From positions 1 through 39,918 of the forward strand of contig JASJQH010006916.1 of assembly GCA_040143965.1 (NCBI GenBank): 39,918 nucleotides of DNA, read 5' to 3'. The DNA comes from Basidiobolus ranarum. Taxonomy: Eukaryota. Positions 24,150 to 37,415 of the stretch are shown here, one piece after another. Each line of letters begins with the position of its first letter. Position 1 is the first letter of the stretch. The position numbers and the translations under genes were made by a program. The notes under the pieces are model-generated. The model was not told where the DNA came from. It saw only the letters and a list, made by a program, of their open reading frames with translations, and made no database searches.

Positions 24150-25370
24150 ATGCTTTTCACTAGTATCCCACACACGATCAGTACTTTAGGGTTATTTTAC
24201 GAGAATCACCCCCACGACTGTCCCGAAAGATTGGTCGAACTTTGGTTTGATTCAATTGAGAAAATGAAATTATTAGAAATATATAGACTGCTTTTCACTA
24301 ATCCTCAACTAATCAAAGTACGCTCAAATGGTCACCTTGTGTATCCAGTTCATTCAATGAAAGAAGCAAATCATTGTCTTGGTCCAGCAACATCAAATAT
24401 GAACTCACTTCAAGTTGCCATGCTCTACTTCTACTCAGCCAAAGAGTATGGTAATCACGAAGAAATTAATCTTCGTAAAGCAGTTGTCGATATTGTCTTT
24501 GATGTAAGTTACTTTTCTATGCCCCCCCACCATGGTCATTGTTCACCAACAAAATCTATTTTGGTGTAGGCCTCGAATGAGAAAGACCTGGCTACAGATG
24601 TTTGGGGTGATCGCAATACTACCTTACACCTAGCTGCCTTTATGAATGATGAAGAGTTGGTCCATCTCTTGCTACAAAAGGGGTGCACCCCTGATACAAC
24701 CAACCAACATGGTTACTCATGTCTTGGTGTGACTTCCAGTCCAATTATACTTGATCTATTCAGACGGGTATCTCCTTTATTAGATGCAGCACCCAAGCAT
24801 TATCCATCAACACTCCATGTAGAAAAAAATCAGTTACCATCCAAAATGACCTTGAGAAGCAAGGTTGAACAAGACCATGTTAATGAATTCCTAGAAATCC
24901 CCAGCCTAAACCAACTTTTGAGTCAACGCGATATAAGTCCTCCCTGGCCAATGGTGAATGATACGACACCATCATCACGTAAAGACTCCACCCTCCATCA
25001 AGATATCACGAACACTCTACTTACCACGGATTCTTTGGAGCGTAAAGTGTATTCACAGATGAAGAAATCATCACAACTTTCAACGAACCCCGCCAGTAAG
25101 GATAAAGGCACCCCAGATTTCTACTCAAGCATGAAAAAGAAAGGAAGCACCATGATGACCATTCACTACAAAAAATTCCCCCATTTCGAAAGCATCAAAA
25201 GTATGAATATCTCCCAATTCTGGAAGAAAATTAAACCACATAAATCGACCAGCGGTTGTATTAGTGGCTCAGATATGGATATAGAGAATTTCAATATTGT
25301 CCACCAGTCAAGAATGAAATGGAGTTGGAACTGGTTCAATACCTTGAACAAATCAAAGGCCCCCTTGTGA
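24150..25370 (+). CDS. Ankyrin-repeat protein (2 exons)
   Basis: Intron 24504-24569 (GTAAGT...TAG) joins the two ORFs in frame. Ankyrin motif GDRNTTLHLAAFMNDEELVHLLLQKGCTPDTTNQHGYS; a second degenerate repeat is MNSLQVA. Start codon uncertain. Confidence 0.65.
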
Positions 25371-26223
25371 GAGCGGTTTCACTTTACAACTCATTCTACT
25401 TCTTTGTATTCCGGATTCAGAGACATTCAATATTAGACATAAACAATTTCCAATTCTAGAATGTCAAAGCGAATGCTATTTGACCGCTAATTTGTAATTC
25501 CGCCCGTAATTAAAGACACATGACTGCATCATCTCTAACCAATCCAGCCTACTGACCTCATCTTTATTTCATATTGTCACGATTGCCACGATTGTTACTA
25601 GGCAGGGCTATTGCTTGGAATTTCGTCACTGTGGCTCATGAAACAATTTCAACATAAATTCTCCATCTCCACTCCACATTGCTTCCCTTTGGTGCCCTGG
25701 AAGATGCTCAGAGAGATGACCCAGTAAGAACAATGCACTCCTGCAGCTTAAGAAGATCCAAGCGTTTCACGCAAAGTGGATCAGTGAAGTATATATTCCA
25801 TTTGTAAATTTTTCTCACCCAAGAAAGTCCCGTGTCCCCCCAAAATTTCCATAACATCGGAAAGGGGGAGTTTGATCAGGGCACACTGACACGTTCATAC
25901 TGCTTTTGACATCATCGTACTCTTTGGGATTGACTGCAAGTCATATTAATTTCCGTGCAATAATCCATGATTGGGATAGTTTCCCCTCACTTCCTGGGTA
26001 TTTTCCATGGTTGCCAATTCGAGGATAGGCGAAGTGTAAACCATGTAATACAATAAACCTAACTATCCTATTCATCCATTATATCATTCAACAGGTTTTG
26101 CCTGTGTAACATTGGCTTTTGGAGTCTATAAAACCCATTTGCTTCCCCAGAAAACGCCAAATTCTCACCATCTAATCTTCACTCGACCACAGCCACATTG
26201 ATTTCTGCCCTTTATCCCAAGCT

Positions 26224-26901
26224 ATGCTTTCTGCTACATTAATGGCTTTAGACAGTTTGATCGCGGAATATCCTTCTAACCCGACCCCCTATTCAAACTG
26301 GGTAATCCCCGGAAAGGTGTTATGTGGTGCTTACCCGATGGTTAGAGATAAAAACGAGAGTAGGGATCATTTACGTTCATTGCTCGCAGCTGGTGTTACA
26401 ACCTTTGTATGCTTACAAGAGCAAAGTGAATTGAATATGCTTCCAGATTATAAAAGTGAGGTCATGGACTTACACAAGGAGCTCGGAGGCGAGAAAACTT
26501 GTCGCTCGATTCAATTCGTTCATTTTCCTATCAGAGATGGATCCATATTACACGATGTTTTATTGAACTCCTTGATAAGTGTGCTAGAACAAAGAGTCTT
26601 CAAAAATAATGAGCTTTTATATGTGCATTGTTGGGGTGGCCATGGCAGAACAGGAACCCTAGTCGCTTGTATGTTGGCCAAATACTATGGACTTCATGCT
26701 GACCTTGCTCTTGAGTTAACACAACGCCTACACGATACTAGACAGGACAAGGTTATTTCCAAGTCTCCAGAGACCAGAGTACAAGTCAGCCAAGTACGTA
26801 GAATAGTGGGGAAATACTCGATTGCAAGAACTGCCCCACCTGCCACTGCCGTTTCAGCGGTGACCCCTCCAAATTCAAGCATTGGTGCTGTTCCTGGATA
26901 A
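26224..26901 (+). CDS. Protein tyrosine/dual-specificity phosphatase (CX5R), intronless
   Basis: Active site YVHCWGGHGRTG, acid loop HFPIRDG, SNWVIPGKVLCGAYP and Q-loop SPETRVQ. TATAAAA at about 26127. Confidence 0.85.
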   Translation: MLSATLMALDSLIAEYPSNPTPYSNWVIPGKVLCGAYPMVRDKNESRDHLRSLLAAGVTTFVCLQEQSELNMLPDYKSEVMDLHKELGGEKTCRSIQFVHFPIRDGSILHDVLLNSLISVLEQRVFKNNELLYVHCWGGHGRTGTLVACMLAKYYGLHADLALELTQRLHDTRQDKVISKSPETRVQVSQVRRIVGKYSIARTAPPATAVSAVTPPNSSIGAVPG

Positions 26902-27157
26902 TCAGGTGTGAAGTCATAGCTCTGACCCTAATGTCTTTGTACACACTAGCTATCCCTTTAGTCCTCCGCCATCTGTGAATTTCCTTTACCTCCCCGCTTG
27001 TACCATGATATGTAACATTATAGATTCGACTTGTAATTTTCTAGAAATAATAAATCCTTGCTGGAGTGGCATCAAAGTAATTTCATTGGTCAGATCCAAT
27101 TCATGTCGTTGCAACTGAGCGCACTTTTCCCCAGGGAAATTCTAAGAAAACAGGGGG

Positions 27158-27209
27158 TGAATGAATTATTGTTTGAATGAATTATTGTTTGAATGATTTA
27201 TTGTTTGAA
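27158..27209. repeat. 16-bp tandem repeat x3 between convergent genes
   Basis: TGAATGAATTATTGTT twice, then TGAATGATTTATTGTT and TGAA. Confidence 0.85.
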
Positions 27210-27252
27210 GTAATAATATTAATAGTACACAAAATCAATATATTGTAGATCT

Positions 27253-28759
27253 TCAGGCAAAGATGACGATCGATTGCAATATGATTAAACGGTGCTTGCA
27301 CTTTTTAAGCACACTGGTGTCTCCTGAATCCCCTCCTTCCTCATTTCTATATCCCATTCTGAAAGCGGTCTGATGTGACCACCTCTATTTACATGGTGGA
27401 ACCAAGTCTTTGGATGCTCCGTACGTAATTTGATCGACGGATTATCCAGCTCCTCGAGATGAACCCAGCAGGCCCCATTGGTTTCGTAGTCGGGTAATGA
27501 TTTCGGTATTTGATGGTCGTATCTTGGCTACAAATAACTTGTCAGTCAATGAAAGAAGATCCTTGTTATTTCAGGAACTTACCACTCCCAAAAAGACCCA
27601 CAGCCGGGTCTCATATTTTGAATAGTCTTCACCATTCTTGTCACCCAATTCATGCTCATAATGCAGAAATCCTCGAAGCTCAATATCTATCCCCGACTCT
27701 TCTTTGGTTTCTCGTACGGCTGCTTCCATTGGCGTTTCTTCCGGATCGATCTCTCCGCCTGGAAACCAGTATCCTGCGTCACCACGCTCCTCAATCTAAA
27801 TATCAAGTTGTTGTTGAATATCTTCCTACTTTGATGGCCATTTGAATTAGACTTACCATTAGAAATTTCCCATCGCTTTCACGCCGGATCACTACCACTG
27901 CAAATCTACAATCCCCCGATGATGGCCGAGGCCTTCTCTTTCTAACTCCAAGCTCCTCGGCTACTAGACTTTGTGTTGGCCATATCTCATTGGACGAGTG
28001 TTCTTCTTGTAGATGGATAGGAAACCATCTGGGATTTTGTTTGGAAGGTTTGGAGCACTTGGTGGGGATCTCAAGGCATCGGGGACATTCATTGATAGGT
28101 ACATTTGATGCCGAAGTGTGATAGAGCGGAAGATGAGTTCTCAACGAAGGTTGTCTTGTTGAAGTAAAGGATGCGAAATTAGCCGGACATAATGGGCACT
28201 CGTAAGTTTGACCTAATAATGGTGATACGTCGGTGTGAAATTCTGGATTGATGATATGATCGAATGCGGTCGATAACGCTTGTTGAACGCTATCTTCACT
28301 ACGTGTCACCATATTCGTACCTGCTTTGATATACATGGATCTCAACAGTATCTCTTCACTTGCTAATTCATTCCATAACATTATGAATGTTCGATTGAAC
28401 TGTTTATGTGGTATCCCCGGCCTTGAAGGCTCGGGTAGCGAGCGGAGTCCTTGAATTAGAGACAACCCCACCTCCTTGTGAAACTTGTAGTTATTGATGC
28501 CTGGAAAGAGTATGAATGCTAATGCAGGTGGGGCATTAGCGAAAGCGTAACGTTCAGGGTTAAAGGTTCTCGCATTTAAGTATACGGTTTCTAATTGAAG
28601 GTAATCTAATATAGGCGTTAAAAAGGCTTCAACTCGGTTGTTCTTGGATAGTCGTTGGTCTGTGGGAGTAAATATCAAGGCTTTATCATGAAAACTTCGA
28701 AGTCTCTTAAGAGTCGTTTGTAGGTAGAATGAAGGACGCGAATTCAGTATTGATAGCAT
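27253..28759 (-). CDS. Nudix hydrolase with N-terminal extension and two C2H2-like zinc fingers (3 exons)
   Basis: Introns 27796-27856 and 27528-27582 (GT-AG). Exon 2 has the canonical Nudix box WFPGGEIDPEETPMEAAVRETKEESG. Exon 1 has CPLC...HLPLYH and CPRC...HLQEEH. Exon 3 reads PKSLPDYETNGACWV. The 3' end is less certain. Confidence 0.8.
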
Positions 28760-29365
28760 TGCTTAAAGGTTTTCCATGAATGAATTGCGGTAGAGTGCTT
28801 GGATGACAAACATCAATCAAGGAATATATGAGATACTCGACTAATGTATTTGATAGAAACAAATCAAACTCTTAACTAGGCCTGGATTCAGGTCAGAACA
28901 ATCCCTTGAAATGTGTATTGATTGGCCAACTCAACAAGTTTCCAGAGACAGCATGATTCAACGCTACTTGGGAAGAAACCAATAAGTGTTTGCAGCAAGT
29001 CGATCAAGCGGTCACAACTCAATGACACTAGGCATGTGATAATTACATAATATTTTACGAATCAACATTGTTCAGACTCGCAGTTGTTTCGTAACCGTCT
29101 CAAATTGTTAGTTTTCTTGTGTATACTAAACGTGTATGTTATGTACCAATGCAGAGAAGTATTGGTATTTTGGAATGCTATAACTTGATTATATTTAATC
29201 TAGTTATCTAGTTTTAACCTCGTTACAAATCAAATTGATTACCAATCAATCTCTGTCGTGACTTCGTAAAAAACCTTTTTTTTCTCCTTTTTTTTCGAGT
29301 TAAGTTCGCTATTAGTCAAACAATGTTAGATTGCTGAAAGTTTCTTACCAATTTTAGAGGAGACA

Positions 29366-31288
29366 ATGTGTAGTTTACAAGACGATATTGATATAGAGAG
29401 TATGTCCAACAACCATTTACAAACAAGTGAACTTCATAAATTAATACAAGTACCTATCTTACCACAGAAAAGAGTAAACCTCAACTCAAAACTTGCGTTA
29501 AATGCAAAGTCGAGAGGGCCCAATATCTGGTTCGACATGCTCAGTATTGCAAGTACGTTTATTCTATCTTTTATCTTTCATAGAAGGTTTTTGTGAAGTT
29601 GACACCTTTTTATTTTGTATTTATTCGAATAGGCAATGTTTTTTACATACTTTAGTGGGAAAATTTCGTGTCATGATTTCCAAATCAAAGTTCGTGGTGG
29701 GAAGAAAGGAGTGCAAACCTAATGTGTTGTTGGCTTTTTCTGGAGGCGCTTCTTCAAGGTATTTAATATATCTTTAGTAACCTATTGATAATTGGAATAT
29801 CTGTCTCTAATTCTCTCATAATAGAGCCCTTGTTCATATGATGAACGAGTTTCATGTCGGTGACCCTGCCGTCAAAAAGAAAACCATTCTAGATAACGTT
29901 AAAATTTGTCATATCGATGAGAGTATTATATGTGGTCCTGAGGTAAACCTTGAAATTCCTAATTTATCTTCGTGCATGAATTCTTACCTCGTTTATAGGA
30001 AGGGACTCTTAAGCAGGCTGAGAACATCATATCACAATACCCTTTCCAATTTATTGGGGCTTCTTTGGAGGACGTGTTTTCTTCGGAATACACAGATTCG
30101 GACTTTGAGCAAGTTCTTCGTACTGAAATTGTAACTCGTGAGGAAGGCTCAAAGAGTCACGATCGTAAGTGAAATTTCTGATTGAAACTCGTTGGACGTC
30201 ATTACTAACCTCCACTTTCTTCTACAGAATTAAAAGCGGTCATTGAAAGTTCTACCTTGACAAATAAGGAAAAAGCCAATGCCCTACTGAATAATATAGT
30301 CAAAGCTACTGCTAAAGAGGATATGATCTCATATTTGAAGAACAAACTTTTGATACAGATTGCTAAAAGAGAGAAGTACGCCAATTTATTCGTGGTATCA
30401 TTCAAAAGGTCTCTATTGAACGCTTGACTTACTGTTACTTTAGTTGCTCCATTATTCTTCTAGGTGATTCATCCACTCGCATTGCCGTGAAGTGTATTGC
30501 TTACACCAGTAAAGGTCGTGGCTTTAGCTTACCATATGATGTGGCGGCAGAGATTGAAGTTGAGAAGGGAGTTGGATATCTTAGACCACTTCGTGACTGT
30601 CTTACTAAGGAACTTGGAATCTATAATTATCTCCATAAGTTAGAGACTGTGTTTGTTCCAACAATCACCACAGGCGCACCAATTAAAGCCAGCATTGATA
30701 GACTCACCGAAGGTACACTTGACAATGATAAGGACAGCGAGATCTCGATGTTAATTCAAACTTTTCCTTTTAGAGTTCATCACTAGCTTGGATAGAGATT
30801 TCCCCTCTACTGTGAGTACTGTTGTCAGAACTGCTAGCAAGCTAACTACCTCGAAATCCTCGGAGCAAAATGAGAGATGTACCGTTTGTTTACGGTAAGT
30901 TTCAGTTAGACGGATCTTTTTCAAACAGAACCTTTTTTGAATTGATATCTTCTTCAGTCCTATTCAAAATGGAATTAGTGAGTGGCGGGAAAGAATTACT
31001 GTTATGGAGTTGCCCAAATCTGACGTGAATTCCGCAATTGCAGCCACCGACGAGAATGGAAATGGAAGCGCCTGTACATCCGACGGATGCTGTGGTCAAG
31101 GATGTGGGTCCCCTAAGGAAAGCAAATTCGATTTACTGCCATTGTTATGTTACAGTTGTCAAATTAATGCACGTGATACCAAGCCAACAATCTTGCCACC
31201 CTTTATGGCGGAGCGTGCTAAGGAAGCTTATAGTCGCGAGTCTTTGAGAGAACAGATCTCGGAATTCTTAATCGATGATTCGGAGTGA
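29366..31288 (+). CDS. CTU2: Cytoplasmic tRNA 2-thiolation protein 2 (Ctu2/Ncs2), multi-exon
   Basis: CVKCK...YC|QCF...GKFR, VLLAFSGGASS, ICHIDES, ILLGDSSTRIA...TSKGRGFSLP, RPLRDCLTKEL, LDRDFPSTVSTVVRTASKL, CTVCL and LCYSC. Confidence 0.9.
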
Positions 31289-31992
31289 ACTTGATTGCTA
31301 AATGAATAGTAATAAAGATACACCTAAGTTAATTTAATAACACATGCAGTGCTTCTCGTAGATGATTGGGTTAGGGTTAATAAATCAAGTGAATGTTCTA
31401 TGTCAGGTTCGTATCTCTTCAACTACTGGCTTCGATGATCAGTCTGGAAAATGACCATAAACGTGTATTCTCATTAGAAGTTTGAGTTCAAACAATTTAA
31501 TCTAAAGATATGGAATTTTGTTTACTTGTAATATATATATATATATGTATATTAATCCGTTTTCACACAATGCTACCCAAAGCGGTATGTAGCCTGATCC
31601 AGCCAATTTAGAGCCTGGTCTTAGTTATGGTACCATCAAATAAGGTGATTCCACACACACACAATATATCCGCTTCGAATAGCTCTATGGTCTACATGTT
31701 ACGTGCTACCTGCTACAATCCACAATTTTCTTATTGACAGTAACCCAATGATTCTGGTAAATCTACAGTCCATGCACGCAGCTCAATTCAGTTATCTCTC
31801 TGGCCTATCCTTTCTCTTTGTATACCCTCCTCATCCCCAGCAAAGTGGCTTCAAAGACGCCTCTGACGTACAATTTCTCTGGCTGGAATTTTCTTTCATC
31901 TTCGATTAACTAGTTAGAATTTGAATGAATTTCGGATATCAATAAATAGATACGTGTGAATATTGGTTCACCGAAATAATTTTAACATAATC

Positions 31993-32880
31993 ATGTCTCG
32001 CTCTGACCTTCTACAAACTGCTCGTTCTCAACAGAGTTCCCCACTTTATGCTCGTTTGGGCCTCGCTACCTTAGATTTGACTTCTTTAAATGATAACGAT
32101 ACTAACGAAGTTATAACAAACTTATGCCAACGTGCTTTAGCTTCACCTGAACCCGTTGCCGCTCTCTGCATTTATGCTCCATTTGCTGGTTTGGTGCGAA
32201 ACATCCTCCAAGAAAACCAGTATAAAGCTGGAGTTGCTACAGTGGTAAACTTTCCTCACGGAAATAACTCAGTAGAGGAAGTAATTGCTGAGACTAAAGC
32301 TTGTCTTGATCAAGTTGATGAAGTGGATCTCGTTTGGCCTTTCGAAAAGTACATTCAAGGAGATAAAGAAGCCGCTTGTAATATGATCTCGGAGGTTAAA
32401 AAGACCATCGTGGAATATAACCAAACTATCTCCTCCAACCGTAAACCAATTCTTTTGAAAGTTATCTTGGAATCTTCAGCTATTCCTGCTGATATGCTAT
32501 ATGATGCTTGTACCGATGCTATTCAAGCAGGTGCTGACTTCCTTAAAACCTCTACTGGTAAACATCCTACTGGTGGTGCCACTCTTGAAGCTGCTTATGA
32601 ATTGCTACGTGCTAGTAAAGATGCTAAAGATAAGCATGGAAAAGATATTAGCGTTAAAATCTCCGGAGGTGTTAAAACTGTCGCTCAAGCAGGAGCCTAT
32701 ATCTGGATGGCTGAGAAGATTATGACTGGTACCGATGAAGGTCTAACTGAAGGAAAGGAAAGTCAACGTTGGGTAAACGCCAAAAATTTCCGTATTGGTG
32801 CTAGTGGTGTGTTTAGTGAACTAGTAAATGTCCTTGCTCCCGGAAAGGAGGCCGCTTCACAAGGAGATGGCAGTTACTAA
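31993..32880 (+). CDS. deoC: Deoxyribose-phosphate aldolase (DERA), E. coli DeoC-like, intronless
   Basis: LDLTSLNDNDT, AALCIY, ATVVNFPHG, DEVDLVWPF, LKVILES, Schiff-base ADFLKTSTGK, VKISGGV, FRIGAS and C-terminal Tyr. First ATG is 31993. Confidence 0.93.
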   Translation: MSRSDLLQTARSQQSSPLYARLGLATLDLTSLNDNDTNEVITNLCQRALASPEPVAALCIYAPFAGLVRNILQENQYKAGVATVVNFPHGNNSVEEVIAETKACLDQVDEVDLVWPFEKYIQGDKEAACNMISEVKKTIVEYNQTISSNRKPILLKVILESSAIPADMLYDACTDAIQAGADFLKTSTGKHPTGGATLEAAYELLRASKDAKDKHGKDISVKISGGVKTVAQAGAYIWMAEKIMTGTDEGLTEGKESQRWVNAKNFRIGASGVFSELVNVLAPGKEAASQGDGSY

Positions 32881-33256
32881 ATTAATAGTTGCAGAGCAAT
32901 CACACTTCTGTTGAAAGAACCCATAAATATATAATGATAATAAACAAACCTTTCTGCCTACATACTAGTAACAGTATCGCTTAAATAGTTCGGACTGTAG
33001 TGCATTCAGAGACACTAATTGATACCTATAATAACAGTAATATTCACACTGAGCATATATTGCATATCAAGTGATAGTTAGAGTAAATTGTGACACCAAG
33101 TGGAAGTAGAGTCAATAAAGAATATTCAAGTTTAATTTTGGGGGATTAAATATAGCAAGAATCAAATAGATTCTCAATTATGGAACACTTGGTGTATACA
33201 TGGGAATGATCGAATTAAGCACAGTAGAAATAGGAAGTAGATTGAGGAGTGGGAAT

Positions 33257-35300
33257 TTATACTAAATACTTGATCTTCACACCATCTTTAGTCACACCGT
33301 CTCTGTCGATGATCTTATTTAGGCGGGTAAGATCCCACCTGATGAAAATGGTAGCAATAACACCAAGAACACTCAAACCTACATTGACCATATGACTACC
33401 AATGAATTTTGGGGCATCAGAGGGCCATCCTTGATACAAAAGATATGTGGTAAATATGACACCAAGTTGAGCCTGCGAGAGAAGAATAGTGCATAGTGAG
33501 CAAAGTAATCTTCAGTGTCATGCAAGATGTGAACTTACCATTGTTGATACTATTCCGGTGGTGGCAGCAACTCCCTTTTCTCCATTAGCAGAACTAGTAG
33601 TCCAGCCCATAGCCTAAAAGGTGAAATTATACAACAATCAGTATAATAATATCATAACAGAGCTATAGGGAAATCCACTCACAAGAGGAACCAACGGTCC
33701 TTGCCCTAATGCAGCCACAAGCACTCCGAAGTAGCGAACACCAAGTGGTCCAGCAAAGGACAAAATGCAGAATCCAACGGCAGTGATGGTAAAAAATATG
33801 CACAATGGAAGAGAGCGACTATTAAATTTATCAGCGAACCGAGGAACAACGATGGCAGTGGACATCATGCAAACTGAGTATGGGATAATTAGAAGGGAAA
33901 CCTGAATAGAAGAGAACTTCCCACCGCCAAGTCGAGAAATAATAATCTAGGGTTGGTGCAAAGATTGTTAGCCCAAGAAGAGAGGTCTTCAGTATTCTCA
34001 GGTTGAATCACTTACTGGTACATAATATTGAAGGGATGTTGAAACCATTACAGGGCACATATATAGAATTCCAAAAATGTAAACTGCCGAGGAAATGTCA
34101 GTATTTTGAGGAGGGATTTCCAGAGTTTAGGTTAAAATATACCTCGATAATTTCTCATCTGTACAAAGACATCTTTAAAGCCAGCATGAGAAGGTCCCTG
34201 GGCTTCAGACTCCACTCGAGCTTGAGCTACATATTTCTCTCTTTCTGACAGGAATCGGCAATGCTTGGGACTATCGGGAAGCATAAAGTAAACGGTAAGG
34301 CCCACTATAACGGTCAAGGTGCCATTGATAATAAGCAGCCTAAATTTAATTGTAGAAAAGTATCCATGAGAGTAAGAATGAGAGTTTTCCAAGTATTATT
34401 CTAACAATACTCCTTACCACATCCAACCATAGATTCCATTAATTCCGTCCATCAACTGCACACCCGCCGAAATGAAGTTTCTGAATAGAACATACATCAG
34501 CATCAATATACAGCATAGAAGTAACTGCCAACCTACCCGAATACACCGGAGGTACTGGCAGCAAAATAATATGTCCCGACACGACCGGCAATCTCTTTTT
34601 TACGATAAAATTTGGTCAAGTAAAGGGCCATACCGGGCCACAACTGTAAATTTGTAACCGGAGTTAATATCCATCGCGATGTAGTTTCACATCCAACTCT
34701 TACCCCCGCTTCGGCAACTCCTAAGAAAAATCTCATACTGAAGAATGATGCTGAATTGTTGACAAGAGACATTAAGCCAGCAATCGCACCCCAAGTGATA
34801 CAGATTCTTGCCAACCATTTCGAAGGCGAGACCTTAGTCATAATCAAGTTTGAGGGGATTTCGAAAAAAGTATAACCGATCTATTGATTGGCTCAGTTAA
34901 TCCATCATCACATCCTTGCTATAAACAAAAGTCACTTACGTAAAATATGGCAACGCCTAAAGCAGACTGCTGGGCAGTGAGATTCGCGGTAGTAAGTAGA
35001 TCGTGACCTTGCTCCTTATTCATAGTTAAAGCGACGCCAACATTGGATCGGTCAGCACTACTAAAGTAGTACATTAACCATAGTAATGGCAAGATATGCT
35101 TGTCGAGTTTCCTGTTCATTGACAGAAAGTAGTTAATACCCGAAAAGTATCGACCGATCGTTCCAGTTAGTACAATACCGAGCAAGCTTTGCTTCCTCCG
35201 TTGGAGTAAAGTCTTCGTGTTTCTCATTGCCCGAAGAGATTTCAAATTCTTCGATATCAACTGGTAGCTTTTCGAGATTTTTATCTTGTAAAGTTGTCAT
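33257..35300 (-). CDS. MFS transporter, anion:cation symporter (Dal5/Tna1-like) family, multi-exon
   Basis: KLDKHILPLLWLMYYFSSADRSNVG, FEIPSNLIMTKVSPSKWLARICITWG, RFFLGVAEAG|LWPG...FYRKKEIAGRVG, LPDSPKHCRFLSERE; C-terminus ...KIKYLV*. Start is 35300 or 35324. Confidence 0.85.
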
Positions 35301-37415
35301 ATTGAAAGTTCTTCTGTAGTTCATCTTGCCGTCAACCTGGTCTTATAGCTTCTCAAGAATGCTACCATGCCACCAATGTAAACCTCCCACACAGGTCTCT
35401 GTTTTTAATTAAGGAAGGGCTAATTTGGTTTTGGAATATACCTGCCTGCGCATTATTGGTTGTTGTATTCACACTAACATGGGAATATCAAGTGAGGGAC
35501 TTTAACCTGCTTAGCAAATAGGGTTTGTAATAAGATTTCACGCGATAGCTAAAACCTGCTTATTAGGTGTGAACACTTACTTTAATCTGATACTAATAAA
35601 TATTCTTGGTATCATAGTTCTATATAATTATAATATAGTACTAATACATACGTGCGAAGGCTAAACAGTTTAAGCTCTAAATGAAGTGAAACACTAGTTC
35701 ACAGGTACAGGTTAGCATATGTCAATGTTGGTTATACTGCTGGTAATGTGTGAGGTCGTGTGCGGGTACGTAAACCTTAATGTCATGGATTATACTTGAT
35801 TTTGCTGACTGATTTCTTGCTCAGTATTACGATCTTACATAGAATTGGCTGTACGACCATCGGCAAGACATTTTTCATGTCCGAAACACAGAGGAGTTTG
35901 GGTAGCTGCATCGATTATCTTATCTTTCAAGCATCGTTATGAGATCAGCTGTAGGTGGAATGCAAGTTCAGATAGTGTATAAAAGGCTTGTCGAGTACAA
36001 TATCATCTGTAAAATATACTCTCACACTGTAGTGAGTAATAGCTTGGCCTGAGCTAATTATCTGGATAGTGAATAAAGACGTACTACTCTCAGTTACGTA
36101 TTTGAATGTTTACTTAAGAGCCTAAGTATGTTCTGTGATTCACATTGCTTTTGTTGAGCTATTAGTTGAGTCGCCTCTTAACCCTGGCTCCTATATCTGA
36201 GACTTTCAGCAATTAAACTCTATTCAATAGTAGTATTTAGTAATTAGTAAGAGCAAGCTTATATTTCAGTAAATACAGAAATATGATACAGTAAGCTAGA
36301 GCAGGTTATAGTACAAGTTCATGAATATTGCACTATCTCGATTGAATTATATTTATCTACTGAGTTCGGATGGGTTTGAATTACACATAGGGTAAGTTGA
36401 GGATGATATCGGGAAGATTGAGTGCTCCTTTCTTTAGTTGCTTTTCTAAACTACCGACATGATGAGTAATTTGAGTGAGTACACGCTAGTCCTAAACAAG
36501 TATGATTGCCTGTGTTCCATTTGGATATTTTCTATCATTTGACCAATGATAAGGTTGACGGAAAGTTGCGCTCCAAATTGCTTACCATACAACGGTGCTG
36601 TTTTCCCTCCTTCAATTCTGATGTTTTCCACCGATGGTTTCTCTGTTAATCGCTTTGAGCGTATTGAAATTGTTGTTTTTGCAAGTAACCGTGGGTATCA
36701 ACTACACTATCGAATCCTCCAAGGTTGTCGCACTCTGTTACTCTCTAATTTGATCTACAAATGAATTTGGTGCTACCAAGCACTAGGAATATGCATAAAC
36801 CAACCCTCCAAATTAGTCATATAATACTATGCAAAGTATTGTCCATATACAGGTATAACCATCTGATGAACATAGAAGAGAGTTCATGATACTTGACCAG
36901 AAACCGACATACTCATCAAGTATTGCCTATATTAAGATGAATATTCGTTCTTTCAGTGTCATGGGTTTAGCCAGATATCCGCTATAGAAAAGCATTACAA
37001 GTAGGGTTTAGATTCTGAAAAGAGAGTTCTAAGTAAAAACTGGATCTCTGAAAAAAGTGGACCAAGTGCATGGAGGACGGAGTAATGTATGATTACCGGT
37101 ATTATAATTGGTTCTTTGTTAGCATATGATACCAAGCGAAGTTAAAGTTGTATGCTGTAGCAAGAAATGAAACATAACCTAGTGGCTTTGACTTTGAGTC
37201 CTCCAATCATCATTCGGTTAACGTACAATGCCGAAGGTTCTTCTCTTCCGTCTACCAACCGAATGGCCTGATTTGATACAGATATAAATGCATGAATAGC
37301 AGTTCCTCGCGAGTCATGCACATTTTAATAAAGCTATTAAAGCATTAGTTTAAATCAACAACATTGAAGTGATGTCCAAGTAAGGTTTATTTCTAAAATA
37401 TCCTTTCTACAAGCC

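Noticed and set aside
36446-36764. Short overlapping ORFs in the MFS-permease intergenic region
   Set aside because: No recognisable domain or splice structure.
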